A DNA stretch of 34,425 nucleotides from Gemmatimonadales bacterium. Its GTDB lineage: Bacteria > Gemmatimonadota > Gemmatimonadetes > Gemmatimonadales > GWC2-71-9. A model generated the notes under the pieces. That model worked only from the letters and a program-made list of their open reading frames with translations. It was not told the DNA's origin and did not search any database. A program made the position numbers and the translations under genes. Below, piece after piece: positions 10,170 through 18,013 of this stretch; within the stretch, counting starts at the first letter, position 1; each line of letters starts with the position of its first letter. The stretch covers positions 1 to 34,425 of the forward strand of contig DATBQV010000372.1 of the NCBI GenBank assembly GCA_036560625.1. Reading direction: 5' to 3'.

Positions 10170-11648
10170 GTGAGAGGCCGCCGCGTGGTGGTGGTCGGCG
10201 CAGGGATCGGTGGTCTCGCGGCCGCGATCCGGCTCGCGCATGCCGGCTATCAGGTGACCGTGGTCGAGCAACACGACGTCCCGGGCGGTCGCGCGGGCGT
10301 GTGGCGATCGGCGGGCTACACGTTCGATACCGGACCGTCGATGGTGATGATGCCGGACTGCTGGGACCGGCTCTTTCACGACGTTGGGCGACGGCGCGAG
10401 GACTACATCGACCTGGTGCAGTGCGATCCCTGCTATCGGCTGCACTTCGCCGACGGGTCCACGCTCGAAATGACCAGCCGACTCGACCAGCTGGTGACGA
10501 ACTTCGAGCGGATCGAGCCGGGGTGCGGTCCCCGCGCGCTCGAGTGGCTGGCCTTTACGGGGCAGCTCTATGATCGCGGCATCGAATTCATCCGCCGGGA
10601 TATGCATCGCCCGCTGGCGATGCTGCGCGTGGGCGGGCTCGGGCTGCGCTATGGGGCGGCCGCGCTCGGCGACCTCCAAGCGCTGGCGGCCCGGTTCTTC
10701 CGCGACGAACGGCTGCGGCAGGCGGTCACGTTCCAGTCCCTCTATCTCGGGCTCTCGCCGTTCCGCTCGCTCGCCATCTACGGCCTCCTCGCGCATGCAG
10801 AGGTCGCGGGCGGGATCTACTATCCCATGGGCGGGATGCACCAGCTGGCGGCGGCGCTCGAGCGCCTCGGCGGCGAGCTGGGCGTGACCTTTCACTACGG
10901 CACACCCGTCACGACCCTGCATCGGGTCGGCCGTCGGGTCGCGGCCGCGCGCCTGGCCGACGGCCGGGAGCTGCCGGCGGACGTGGTGGTGGCGAACGCC
11001 GACCTGCCGTATACCTACCAGGCGTTGCTGGGCGAGCCCTATCCGGGCATCGAGCGGAAGGAATTCAGCTGCTCGGTGGTGCTGCTCTCCCTCGGCGTGA
11101 ACCGAACGTACCCGGGGCTGTTGCATCACAATCTGGCGGTCTCGCGTGACCTGGCCGCCGCGTGCCGGATGCTCTGTGACGAGCACCGGATGCCGGACGA
11201 TCCGCCATTCTACGTTGTCGCGCCGACGCGGACCGATCCCGGGCGGGCGCCGCCCGGCTGCGAGAGCCTGTTCGTGCTGGTGCTGGCGCCGAGTCAGAAT
11301 CCCGCGAACCCGACCGACTGGGAAACAGAAGGGCCGCTGGTGGAGCAGCGAACGATCGAACGGCTGGAGGCGCTCGCCTGTCCCGATCTCCGCCGGCACA
11401 TTGTGATCCGGCGGCGCGTGACGCCGGCCGATTTCACCAGTCAGTTCGGCAATCTTCGCGGCGAGGCGTTCGGCCTCTCCCATGGGCTACGCCAGATCGG
11501 CTATTTCCGCCCGCACAACCGTCACCGCCGCTACCGCAATCTCTACTTCGTGGGCCAGAGCACCCACCCCGGCTGCGGCCTCCCGATGGTGCTCATCTCC
11601 GCGGAGCTCGCCGCGCGCCGCATCACGCGCGAGCTGCCGGCACGCTGA
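10170..11648 (+). CDS. crtI: Phytoene desaturase-family (CrtI-type) carotenoid desaturase. A CrtD/CrtN-type specificity cannot be excluded.
   Basis: The N-terminal FAD fold is [43 protein letters not shown] is present, as is the C-terminal motif FRPHNR...[18 protein letters not shown]. These are collinear with CrtI as I remember it. The start codon is GTG. Confidence 0.85.
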   Translation: MRGRRVVVVGAGIGGLAAAIRLAHAGYQVTVVEQHDVPGGRAGVWRSAGYTFDTGPSMVMMPDCWDRLFHDVGRRREDYIDLVQCDPCYRLHFADGSTLEMTSRLDQLVTNFERIEPGCGPRALEWLAFTGQLYDRGIEFIRRDMHRPLAMLRVGGLGLRYGAAALGDLQALAARFFRDERLRQAVTFQSLYLGLSPFRSLAIYGLLAHAEVAGGIYYPMGGMHQLAAALERLGGELGVTFHYGTPVTTLHRVGRRVAAARLADGRELPADVVVANADLPYTYQALLGEPYPGIERKEFSCSVVLLSLGVNRTYPGLLHHNLAVSRDLAAACRMLCDEHRMPDDPPFYVVAPTRTDPGRAPPGCESLFVLVLAPSQNPANPTDWETEGPLVEQRTIERLEALACPDLRRHIVIRRRVTPADFTSQFGNLRGEAFGLSHGLRQIGYFRPHNRHRRYRNLYFVGQSTHPGCGLPMVLISAELAARRITRELPAR

Positions 11649-11669
11649 GGTGTCCGGCTACAACGACAA

Positions 11670-11700
11670 AGGGCGCTCCGGCGGGAGCGCCCTCTTGTCT
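11670..11700. terminator. Bidirectional intrinsic-terminator-like hairpin between convergent genes
   Basis: AGGGCGCTCC (11670-11679), loop GGCG, GGAGCGCCCT (11684-11693): a perfect 10-bp GC-rich stem. It is flanked by CTCTTGTCT on the + strand and by TTTGTCGTTG on the - strand reading. It sits between the crtI stop (11648) and the SWIB gene stop (11718). Confidence 0.75.
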
Positions 11701-11717
11701 GCGTGGGGATCGACGAC

Positions 11718-12059
11718 CTAGCTGAGGTGCTTGGACACCAGCTTGGTCATTTCGAACATGTTGACGACGTCCTTCTTGAAGATCGGGCGGAGCGCCTCGT
11801 CGGCGTGGATGTTCCGCCGGTTGACCTTGTCCTGGAGCCCCTTGCGCTTGATATACGCCCAGAGCTTGCTGGTGACTTCGGTGCGGGGGAGCGGCCGGCT
11901 GCCGACGACTTCGGCGAGTGCGGCGCTCGGCGTCATGGCCTTCATGAACGCGGGGTTCGGCTTCCGCTTCGCCGCCGTTTTCTTCTTTGCGGGCTTCTTG
12001 GCCGCGCGGCGCTTGGCGGTGGACTTCTTGGCTTTCTTGGACTTCTTCTTGGCTGCCAT
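11718..12059 (-). CDS. SWIB/MDM2-domain protein with a lysine-rich (histone H1-like) N-terminal tail
   Basis: 113 aa from ATG 12059. The tail is MAAKKKSKKAKKSTAKRRAAKKPAKKKTAAKRK. It is followed by a SWIB-like core (PSAALAEVVG...PRTEVTSKLWAYIKRKGLQD...RNIHADEALRPIF). The longer 274-aa ORF-track version was rejected. Confidence 0.8.
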   Translation of the reverse strand: MAAKKKSKKAKKSTAKRRAAKKPAKKKTAAKRKPNPAFMKAMTPSAALAEVVGSRPLPRTEVTSKLWAYIKRKGLQDKVNRRNIHADEALRPIFKKDVVNMFEMTKLVSKHLS

Positions 12060-12231
12060 CGCGAGTCTCCCGTGAGGGTGTGGAAACCGTGCGTGCCTGC
12101 GAAGGAGCGAATCCAGACGAATCCGACGCCCATCAAAGTATGACGCTTTTCTCCCACGGCAATAGGGCGCGCCACTGATCGCCCCGCGCACGGTAGCCGG
12201 AGCGGCGGCTGTGGGGCCATATTTTAGGCAT

Positions 12232-13533
12232 ATGTCCCCCCCCTCCTCCATCGGCCGTTTGGCGATCCCGCTGCTCGCGGTCGGTACCATCATCGTGGTC
12301 GCGGCCGCCCTGCGCCGTCCACAGACCGGACTGGCGCCGCGCCACGCCGATCGGCCGGTCTGCGCCGCCGGCAATGGCGGGCTCACCGTGCCGAGCGGTC
12401 TCTGCGCCCTCGTTGTGGCGAAGGGACTCGGCCACGTTCGCCATCTCGTGGTCGCCCCCAACGGCGATGTCTTCGCCAACGTGGACGGGCGCGGCATCGT
12501 CGCGCTCCGGGACACCTCCGGTGACGGCGTGGCCGACATCATTCGTCAGTTCGGCAGCTCGGGCGGCACCGGCATCGCCCTCACGGATCAGTATCTGTAC
12601 TACAGCACCGACGACGCCGTGTACCGGTATGCGTGGACCAACGGGCAGCTGGAGCCGACCGGCTCCCCGGAACCGATAGTCGCGGGTCTGCCCTCCAACG
12701 GCAATCACACCTCCAAGAGCATCGCGCTCGACCTGCAAGGCAACCTTTTCGTCAACATCGGGTCGGCCACGAACAGCTGTCAGGAGCAGAACCGCGCCGC
12801 CCGTTCCCCGGGGCGGGATCCCTGCGTGGAGCTCGAGACCCGGGCTGGGATCTGGCGCTTCGCCGCCGATCGTCCGGGACAGCGATTCGCCGACGGCGAG
12901 CACTGGGCCACCGGACTGCGGAACACGGTCGCTCTTCGGTTCGACGCCGTCGACGGCGCCCTCTACGGGGCGATTCACGGCCGCGACCAGCTCGGCGCCA
13001 ACTGGGGGTACACCAACGAGCGGAGCGCGGAGAACCCCGGCGAAGAGTTCGGGCGCATCGACCGGGGCGACAACTACGGGTGGCCGTACTGTTACTACGA
13101 CGTCGATGCCCGCGCGATGGTCCTCGCGCCCGAGTATGGCGGCGACGGGAAGGACGTGCGCCGCTGCACGACGGCGAAGCCGCCGCTGGCGGTTTTTCCG
13201 GGCCACTGGGCTCCGATGGCCCTCGCATTCGGCCCCGCCCGCGCGATGGGGAGCACTTACGACGAGGGCGTCTTCATTGCGTTCCACGGCTCGTGGAATC
13301 GCGCCCCGTTGCCGCAGGCGGGCTACCGTGTCGTGTGGCAACCGCTGCGGGGCGGCGTTCCGTCGGGCCCGTACCAGACGATCATGCGGGAGACCTCGGA
13401 CCCGACGGGTGTCCGGCCCTCGGGCCTCGCGATAGGACCGGACGGCTCGCTGTACATCGCCGCCGATGCCAATCAAACGATCTGGCGCATTCTCAGCGAT
13501 TCGGGTGCCGCGCGCACCAGGGAGGGCACATGA
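12232..13533 (+). CDS. PQQ-dependent sugar dehydrogenase / sorbosone dehydrogenase-family beta-propeller protein with an N-terminal membrane anchor or signal
   Basis: A hydrophobic N-terminus (IGRLAIPLLAVGTIIVVAAAL) is followed by family-typical stretches: GHVRHLVVAPNGDVF, NHTSKSIALDLQGNLFVNIGSATNSC, ATGLRNTVALRFD, GDNYGWPYCYYD and FHGSWNR. The start is ATG 12232, with GTG 12211 as an alternative. Confidence 0.8.
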   Translation: MSPPSSIGRLAIPLLAVGTIIVVAAALRRPQTGLAPRHADRPVCAAGNGGLTVPSGLCALVVAKGLGHVRHLVVAPNGDVFANVDGRGIVALRDTSGDGVADIIRQFGSSGGTGIALTDQYLYYSTDDAVYRYAWTNGQLEPTGSPEPIVAGLPSNGNHTSKSIALDLQGNLFVNIGSATNSCQEQNRAARSPGRDPCVELETRAGIWRFAADRPGQRFADGEHWATGLRNTVALRFDAVDGALYGAIHGRDQLGANWGYTNERSAENPGEEFGRIDRGDNYGWPYCYYDVDARAMVLAPEYGGDGKDVRRCTTAKPPLAVFPGHWAPMALAFGPARAMGSTYDEGVFIAFHGSWNRAPLPQAGYRVVWQPLRGGVPSGPYQTIMRETSDPTGVRPSGLAIGPDGSLYIAADANQTIWRILSDSGAARTREGT

Positions 13534-14108
13534 GCTTGGCACGATGGGCCGGAGGAGTCGCGGTAGTCTTGGCGGCCGGGGCGACTCCGGGAGCAGCACA
13601 GGCGCAAACCGGCTCGGAGCAGGGACCGGCCGTCGGCCAGCCGGCACCCGACTTCGCTCTCGTTCCCGCGACCCGCGCGGGTGTCGGCAAGAAGCCCGTG
13701 CGGCTGTCGAGCTTCAAGGGCAAGACCGTCGTCATTGCCTTCTTCTACAAGGCCCGAACCAAGGGCTGAACCATCCAAATGAGCGCGTACCGTGATCAGT
13801 ACGCGACCCTGTTCCACGGCGGGAAAGATGTCGTCCTGCTGGCGATCAGCGCCGATGTCGCCGACACGCTTGCCGCCTGGGCGAAAGACGCGGACTTCCC
13901 GTTCACGTTCTTGAGTGATCCGATCGGTGCGGCGGGGCAGCTGTACGGGGCCTGGCTGCCGGAGCATCAGCTCGACAACAGGAGTCTGTTCGTGGTGGGA
14001 CCGGACGGGAAGATCGCCTACAAGGCGACACCCTTTCGCGAGGTGGACCCGCAGGCCTACACCGAGCTTGGCGAGGCCGTCACTCGCGTGGCTCGGAAGC
14101 GGAGCTAG
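13530..14108 (+). CDS. Exported BCP/PrxQ-type peroxiredoxin with an in-frame TGA (13767-13769, codon 80) at the peroxidatic-Cys position. Candidate selenocysteine-containing protein.
   Basis: The ORF-track frames ending at 13769 and starting at 13779 are the same frame. Read-through gives ...KTVVIAFFYKARTKG-[TGA]-TIQMSAYRDQY...LAISAD...FPFTFLSDP...LFVVGPDGKI. This is collinear with the BCP motif FYPKxxTPGCTxQ...LRD. The N-terminus MSLARWAGGVAVVLAAGATPGAAQAQ looks like a signal peptide. ATG 13530 overlaps the upstream stop (ATGA) and follows GGAGGG. Confidence 0.75.
13784..13805 (+). promoter_or_regulatory. SECIS-like hairpin downstream of the in-frame UGA
   Basis: CGCGTAC (13784-13790) and GTACGCG (13799-13805) form a perfect 7-bp stem around an 8-nt loop, CGTGATCA, which contains G and U residues. 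The stem starts 15 nt after the UGA, and the loop starts 22 nt after it. Confidence 0.5.
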
Positions 14109-14289
14109 GCGGGACGTACCGCTCGAAGTACGGGTTCTCCGACTCGGGCCCGCTCGTCGGCTTCGGCCGGCGGCGGGCCCGCAGCTTGTACGCCGCGTAG
14201 CTCGCCGCCGCCAGCGCCGCCGTCACGGTGACGGATACGACGACGATGATGGCGAGCAGGGTGTTCAGGCTCATCTCGATGAGCGGCAC
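14080..14289 (-). CDS. Small single-pass membrane protein (hypothetical, 69 aa)
   Basis: GTG 14289 sits 4 nt downstream of a strong SD-like GGGGAGGGG (minus-strand reading of 14292-14300), immediately after the upstream gene's TAA (14302-14304). One hydrophobic helix (LLAIIVVVSVTVTAALAAASYAAY) is followed by KLRARRRPKP. The 3' end overlaps the convergent peroxiredoxin gene by 29 nt. Confidence 0.5.
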   Translation of the reverse strand: MPLIEMSLNTLLAIIVVVSVTVTAALAAASYAAYKLRARRRPKPTSGPESENPYFERYVPPSSASEPRE

Positions 14290-14301
14290 GGCCCCTCCCC
14301 G

Positions 14302-15789
14302 TTAGGCTGGCTGCGCGCGCACAAAGGCGCGAATCCACTCCTCTTCCGCCGGATACCCGAACGTCTCAACCGCGATATCGTCGGCCGCGACGCCGCGCCA
14401 CTCGTCGTGCAGCCGGCCCAGGAACGCCGTCAGGTCCTTGGGCCGGGCCGCGTCCAGATAGAGCAGCACGCTCCGCCCCTCGAAGCCGACCAGGTCGCCC
14501 GTGGCCATGCGGCTCGTCCGCAACGCGAGGTCGGCGAGCGCCATCACGTCGCCGTTGCCGGGCTCGGCCCGGGCCACCGTGAAAAACGGCGCGCGCTCGC
14601 GCGCGAGGTGGAGCCCGACCGCCTTCCGGAACTGGGCGCCGTCGAGCAGCAGGTACGACTCGCCGTCCGTCGTCGGCTGGAGAATGAGCGGCGCTTCGGA
14701 CTCGGCGTCGGGAGTGTGCTCCGACCCGCCCCGCTGGGCGATGCTCTGCACCCGGGCGATGAATTCTTCGGGCTGGAGGTTGGTGGACAGGCAATCGTCG
14801 GCGCCCGCCCGGAGCGCGCGGGTCCGGTCGCTGGAACGCAGCTGATAGTTGGTGACGACGACGATCGGGATGGTGCTCTTGGCGGCGCGTACGTCGCGAA
14901 TGAGCTGGCGCGCGTCCTGGATCACGTCTCGTCGCACATTGAGCAACAGCACGCCGGCTTCGCCGTGCACGAGGTCGGATGAGGCGCCCGTCACTCCGGT
15001 GCGGACGATCACCGTGTGGTCGCGCTCCAGCAGGCGCAGCAAGTCGCCCGGGAACGGATCCGCGAGGCTGAGCACGAGCAGCTTCCGCTGGACGTCCGGC
15101 GAGGGCGGCTCCGCCGGATCGTGCACCGGGACGAACCCGGCGCCGGCCTGGATTCGGAACGCGATCGGGCCGAGCGACTTGGCCTCATACCGGAGTTTCC
15201 GGATCTCGAGCGTCCCGTCACGCCGGGCCTGGTTGCGGCTCGCGAGGTGGAAGACCCCGGCGGCCCGCTGCACCAGCGGCTCGAGCCGCGCATCGTACAG
15301 CCCCGCGAGATCGCCGGGATACGTGAGCATCGTCGTGGCGCCGAGGTCGTCGAGCAGGTGGATCAAGGCGAACACGGCTGCGCCGCCGCTCTTCCCGCCC
15401 TCGAGGGCCGGCACGATCGAGTCGATCGCAAGCCGCACCGGCGTCCGCGGACCGAGTGCGCGCCGGAACTCGGCGAACACGGCCTCGGCGCTCGGCGCGC
15501 GCGCCGCGAGCCGCACGAAGTTGGGCCGGTATCGGACGAGGACAAACCGCTCCTCCACCAGCGCCCGCTGCAGGTCGATGCCGAGAAACGCCGCGGAGGA
15601 GAGCACGTCGGTGGGATCGTCGTGCGTGAGCAGGGCCGCAACCTCGCCGCGCTCCAGTGCGACGTCGAGAAACTCGAGACACGACACACTCTTGCCCGTT
15701 CCGGCGCTCCCGCTCAGGAGATACGCCCGCCCGGGCAGGAGTCCGCCCACCAGATCGTCGAGCGGGACGATCCCGCTTTGAATCAGCAT
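14302..15789 (-). CDS. Multidomain protein: KaiC/RecA-like ATPase domain, pseudo-receiver (REC-like) domain and an unassigned C-terminal domain
   Basis: N-terminus: GGLLPGRAYLLSGSAGTGKSVSCLEFL (Walker A in a KaiC/RadA context) and VRLAIDSI (Walker B-like). Middle: a CheY-like pattern (KLLVLS..., GVLLLNVRRD, PIVVVTNY, GADDCLS) that lacks the acidic pocket, the phospho-acceptor Asp and the conserved Lys. The ATG overlaps the thrC stop (ATGCTGA). Confidence 0.75.
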   Translation of the reverse strand: MLIQSGIVPLDDLVGGLLPGRAYLLSGSAGTGKSVSCLEFLDVALERGEVAALLTHDDPTDVLSSAAFLGIDLQRALVEERFVLVRYRPNFVRLAARAPSAEAVFAEFRRALGPRTPVRLAIDSIVPALEGGKSGGAAVFALIHLLDDLGATTMLTYPGDLAGLYDARLEPLVQRAAGVFHLASRNQARRDGTLEIRKLRYEAKSLGPIAFRIQAGAGFVPVHDPAEPPSPDVQRKLLVLSLADPFPGDLLRLLERDHTVIVRTGVTGASSDLVHGEAGVLLLNVRRDVIQDARQLIRDVRAAKSTIPIVVVTNYQLRSSDRTRALRAGADDCLSTNLQPEEFIARVQSIAQRGGSEHTPDAESEAPLILQPTTDGESYLLLDGAQFRKAVGLHLARERAPFFTVARAEPGNGDVMALADLALRTSRMATGDLVGFEGRSVLLYLDAARPKDLTAFLGRLHDEWRGVAADDIAVETFGYPAEEEWIRAFVRAQPA

Positions 15790-17081
15790 CGGCTGCCCTC
15801 CAGCACCCGGGCGACGTCATCGATGGTGGGCTCGATTTCGATCGGCCGGTTCGCTCCGACGGGCGGGGGATCCATCTCCCGGTGATAGTGCAGCAGGGCG
15901 TCCGGGTCTTTGAGAATATGCCCCGTGAGCACGGCGATGACCCGGTCCGTCGGCTTGATCGTGCCCGCCGCGACAAGGCGCTTGACGCCGGCGACGCTCG
16001 CGGCGCTCGCCGGCTCGCAGCCGACGCCGGACGCGTCGACCACCGCCTTGCCCGCGAGGATCTCTGCGTCGCTCACCGCGAGCACGACGCCGTCGGTTTC
16101 CCGAATGGACTTGACCGCGCGGTCGTAAGAGGCGGGATCGCCGATCCGGATCGCGGTCGCGACCGTCTCGGCCTTCACCCGATGTCGCCGCGCGAATCCC
16201 TCGGCGAAACTCTGCGCGAACGGCGCCGCCCCGGCTGCCTGTACCGCCGCCAGTCGCGGGAGCCGGTCGATGAGGCCCCACGCGCGCGCCTCGACCAGCG
16301 CTTTGCCGAACGCGGCGGTGTTCCCGAGGTTGCCCGCCGGGAACACGATCCAGTCGGGCGGGTCCCACCCGAGCTGCTCCAGCGTTTCCAGGACGATCGT
16401 CTTCTGGCCCTCCACCCGGAATGGATTGATCGAGTTGAGCAGGTAGACGCCGAGCCGCTCGCTCGCCTCTTCTACCAGCCGGAGACAGTCGTCGAAGTCG
16501 CCGCGGACGAGGAGCGTCTTCGCCCCGTAGGCCAGCGACTGCGCCAGCTTGCCCAGCGCCACGTTGCCCGCGGGCACCAGCACGAGCGCCGGAATGCCCG
16601 CCAGCGACGCGTACGCCGCAAGCGACGCGGAGGTGTTCCCGGTGGAGGCACACGCCACCGCCCGCGCCCCGATTCGTCGGGCCTGGGTCACCCCGACCGT
16701 CATGCCGCGGTCCTTGAACGACCCCGTCGGATTGTAGCCCTCGTGCTTGAGCAGCAATCCCTCCACGCCCGCCCAGCGGTCGATCGACGATCGCTGGAGC
16801 AACGGCGTGTTCCCCTCCGGGTGCGAGACCACTTCGGTGGCTGACGGCAACACGATGTCCTTGTAGCGCCACACGCCGGACGCGGATCCGCCCCTGGGCG
16901 CGCCCCGGCGCTCGGTAAAGCGGCGCAGCAGCTCCTCCGGGGCCATCCGGGGCACGCGGTGCTCGATCTCGAGCAGACCACCGCAGCGAACGCAGCGGGC
17001 GTGCGGGTCCGATTCCACCATCTCGTTACCACAGACGATGCAGACCTGCCAGGTCTCCGGCCGATCAATCCCGAATTTCAT
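15783..17081 (-). CDS. thrC: Threonine synthase (with N-terminal Cys4 zinc-ribbon)
   Basis: 432 aa. CIVCGNEM...CVRCGG zinc ribbon, PTGSFKDRG (PLP-Lys motif) and ASTGNTSASLAAYA. The start overlaps the thrB stop (ATGA). Confidence 0.93.
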   Translation of the reverse strand: MKFGIDRPETWQVCIVCGNEMVESDPHARCVRCGGLLEIEHRVPRMAPEELLRRFTERRGAPRGGSASGVWRYKDIVLPSATEVVSHPEGNTPLLQRSSIDRWAGVEGLLLKHEGYNPTGSFKDRGMTVGVTQARRIGARAVACASTGNTSASLAAYASLAGIPALVLVPAGNVALGKLAQSLAYGAKTLLVRGDFDDCLRLVEEASERLGVYLLNSINPFRVEGQKTIVLETLEQLGWDPPDWIVFPAGNLGNTAAFGKALVEARAWGLIDRLPRLAAVQAAGAAPFAQSFAEGFARRHRVKAETVATAIRIGDPASYDRAVKSIRETDGVVLAVSDAEILAGKAVVDASGVGCEPASAASVAGVKRLVAAGTIKPTDRVIAVLTGHILKDPDALLHYHREMDPPPVGANRPIEIEPTIDDVARVLEGSRC

Positions 17082-18013
17082 GCGATCACCCGGGCGCCCT
17101 CCCGGTCCACAGCGCCGACCCGGACCGAGGCGCTGACGCCGACGCCGGCGTACGCCGCCTGCATGGCCGCGCCGGCCGCCCGCGCGCCGACCTCACCCCG
17201 CGCGAGCGCGAAGGCCGTGGGACCGCTTCCCGAGATCGAGGCGCCGAGCGCGCCGGCCGCGAGCGCGGCGTGCTTAGCCTCGGCGAACCCGGGCAGCAGG
17301 CGGGCACGCGCGGGCTCGGCGATCCGATCATCCAGCGCCCGTCCCAGTAGCGCATAGTCGCCCGCGCCGAGCGCCGCGACGATGGCCGAGACCTGGGCCG
17401 CCTGGTGCAGGGCCGTGGCGAGCGGGACCTCGAGCGGGAGCACGGCGCGCGAATCCCTCGTGCGCAGACGCTGGTCGGGATGCACCAGAGCGACCCAGAG
17501 GTCGGCCGGGAACGGGAGGCGCACGACGTCCGGTGGATCGATGGTCCGGACCAGCACGATCCCGCCGAGCAACGACGGTGCCACATTGTCCGCGTGCCGA
17601 CCCGCCACGGCCGCCTCGGCCTCGAGACAAGCCGCCAGGAGCGCGGTGCAATCGAGCGGCGAGCCGAGCAAGTGATTCGCCGCCACGGCGCCCGCGACGG
17701 CGGACGCCGCGCTCCCGCCTTGCCCGCCGGCGAGCGGCAGGCCCTTGCGGACGGTAAGCGCCAGCCCGATGCCGCCGGCATTGGCGCGACGCAACACCTC
17801 CCTGGCAGCGAGTGCAGCCGTGTTCCGCGCCGGGTCGCTTGGCAGGTCCCGGTGGCCGGGATCGCGGACCACGATGCGCTCGCCGGTCGTGTGCTCGACC
17901 GTCACTTCGTCGCCGGCCCCCGCTACGGCGAGGCCGAGAATGTCGAGACCCGGGCCCACGTTCCCGATCGATCCGGGCGCGAACGCCGTGACGCGGAGCA
18001 GCGGCGGGGTCAC
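17078..18013 (-). CDS. thrB: Homoserine kinase
   Basis: GHMP kinase motifs: APGSIGNVGPGLDILG and KGLPLAGGQGGSAASAVAGAVA. The start is set at GTG 18013, overlapping the thrA stop (GTGA) and giving 311 aa. The ORF-track start at 18274 lies inside thrA. Confidence 0.9.
   Translation of the reverse strand: MTPPLLRVTAFAPGSIGNVGPGLDILGLAVAGAGDEVTVEHTTGERIVVRDPGHRDLPSDPARNTAALAAREVLRRANAGGIGLALTVRKGLPLAGGQGGSAASAVAGAVAANHLLGSPLDCTALLAACLEAEAAVAGRHADNVAPSLLGGIVLVRTIDPPDVVRLPFPADLWVALVHPDQRLRTRDSRAVLPLEVPLATALHQAAQVSAIVAALGAGDYALLGRALDDRIAEPARARLLPGFAEAKHAALAAGALGASISGSGPTAFALARGEVGARAAGAAMQAAYAGVGVSASVRVGAVDREGARVIA

Noticed and set aside
12060-12542. A long (274-aa) version of the SWIB ORF.
   Set aside because: The extra 161 residues are Arg/Pro/Ala/Thr-rich. 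They run through the divergent promoter region and into the sugar dehydrogenase gene on the other strand. ATG 12059 begins the Lys-rich tail cleanly.
13530-14108. Reading the peroxiredoxin locus as two separate small genes (13530-13769 and 13779-14108), or as a nonsense-mutated pseudogene.
   Set aside because: The two-gene reading is rejected as the primary interpretation. The halves are in one frame, separated only by TGA plus three sense codons. The TGA sits exactly on the catalytic Cys column, a hairpin follows at SECIS distance, and there are no other lesions. A pseudogene cannot be formally excluded without knowing whether the genome has Sec machinery.
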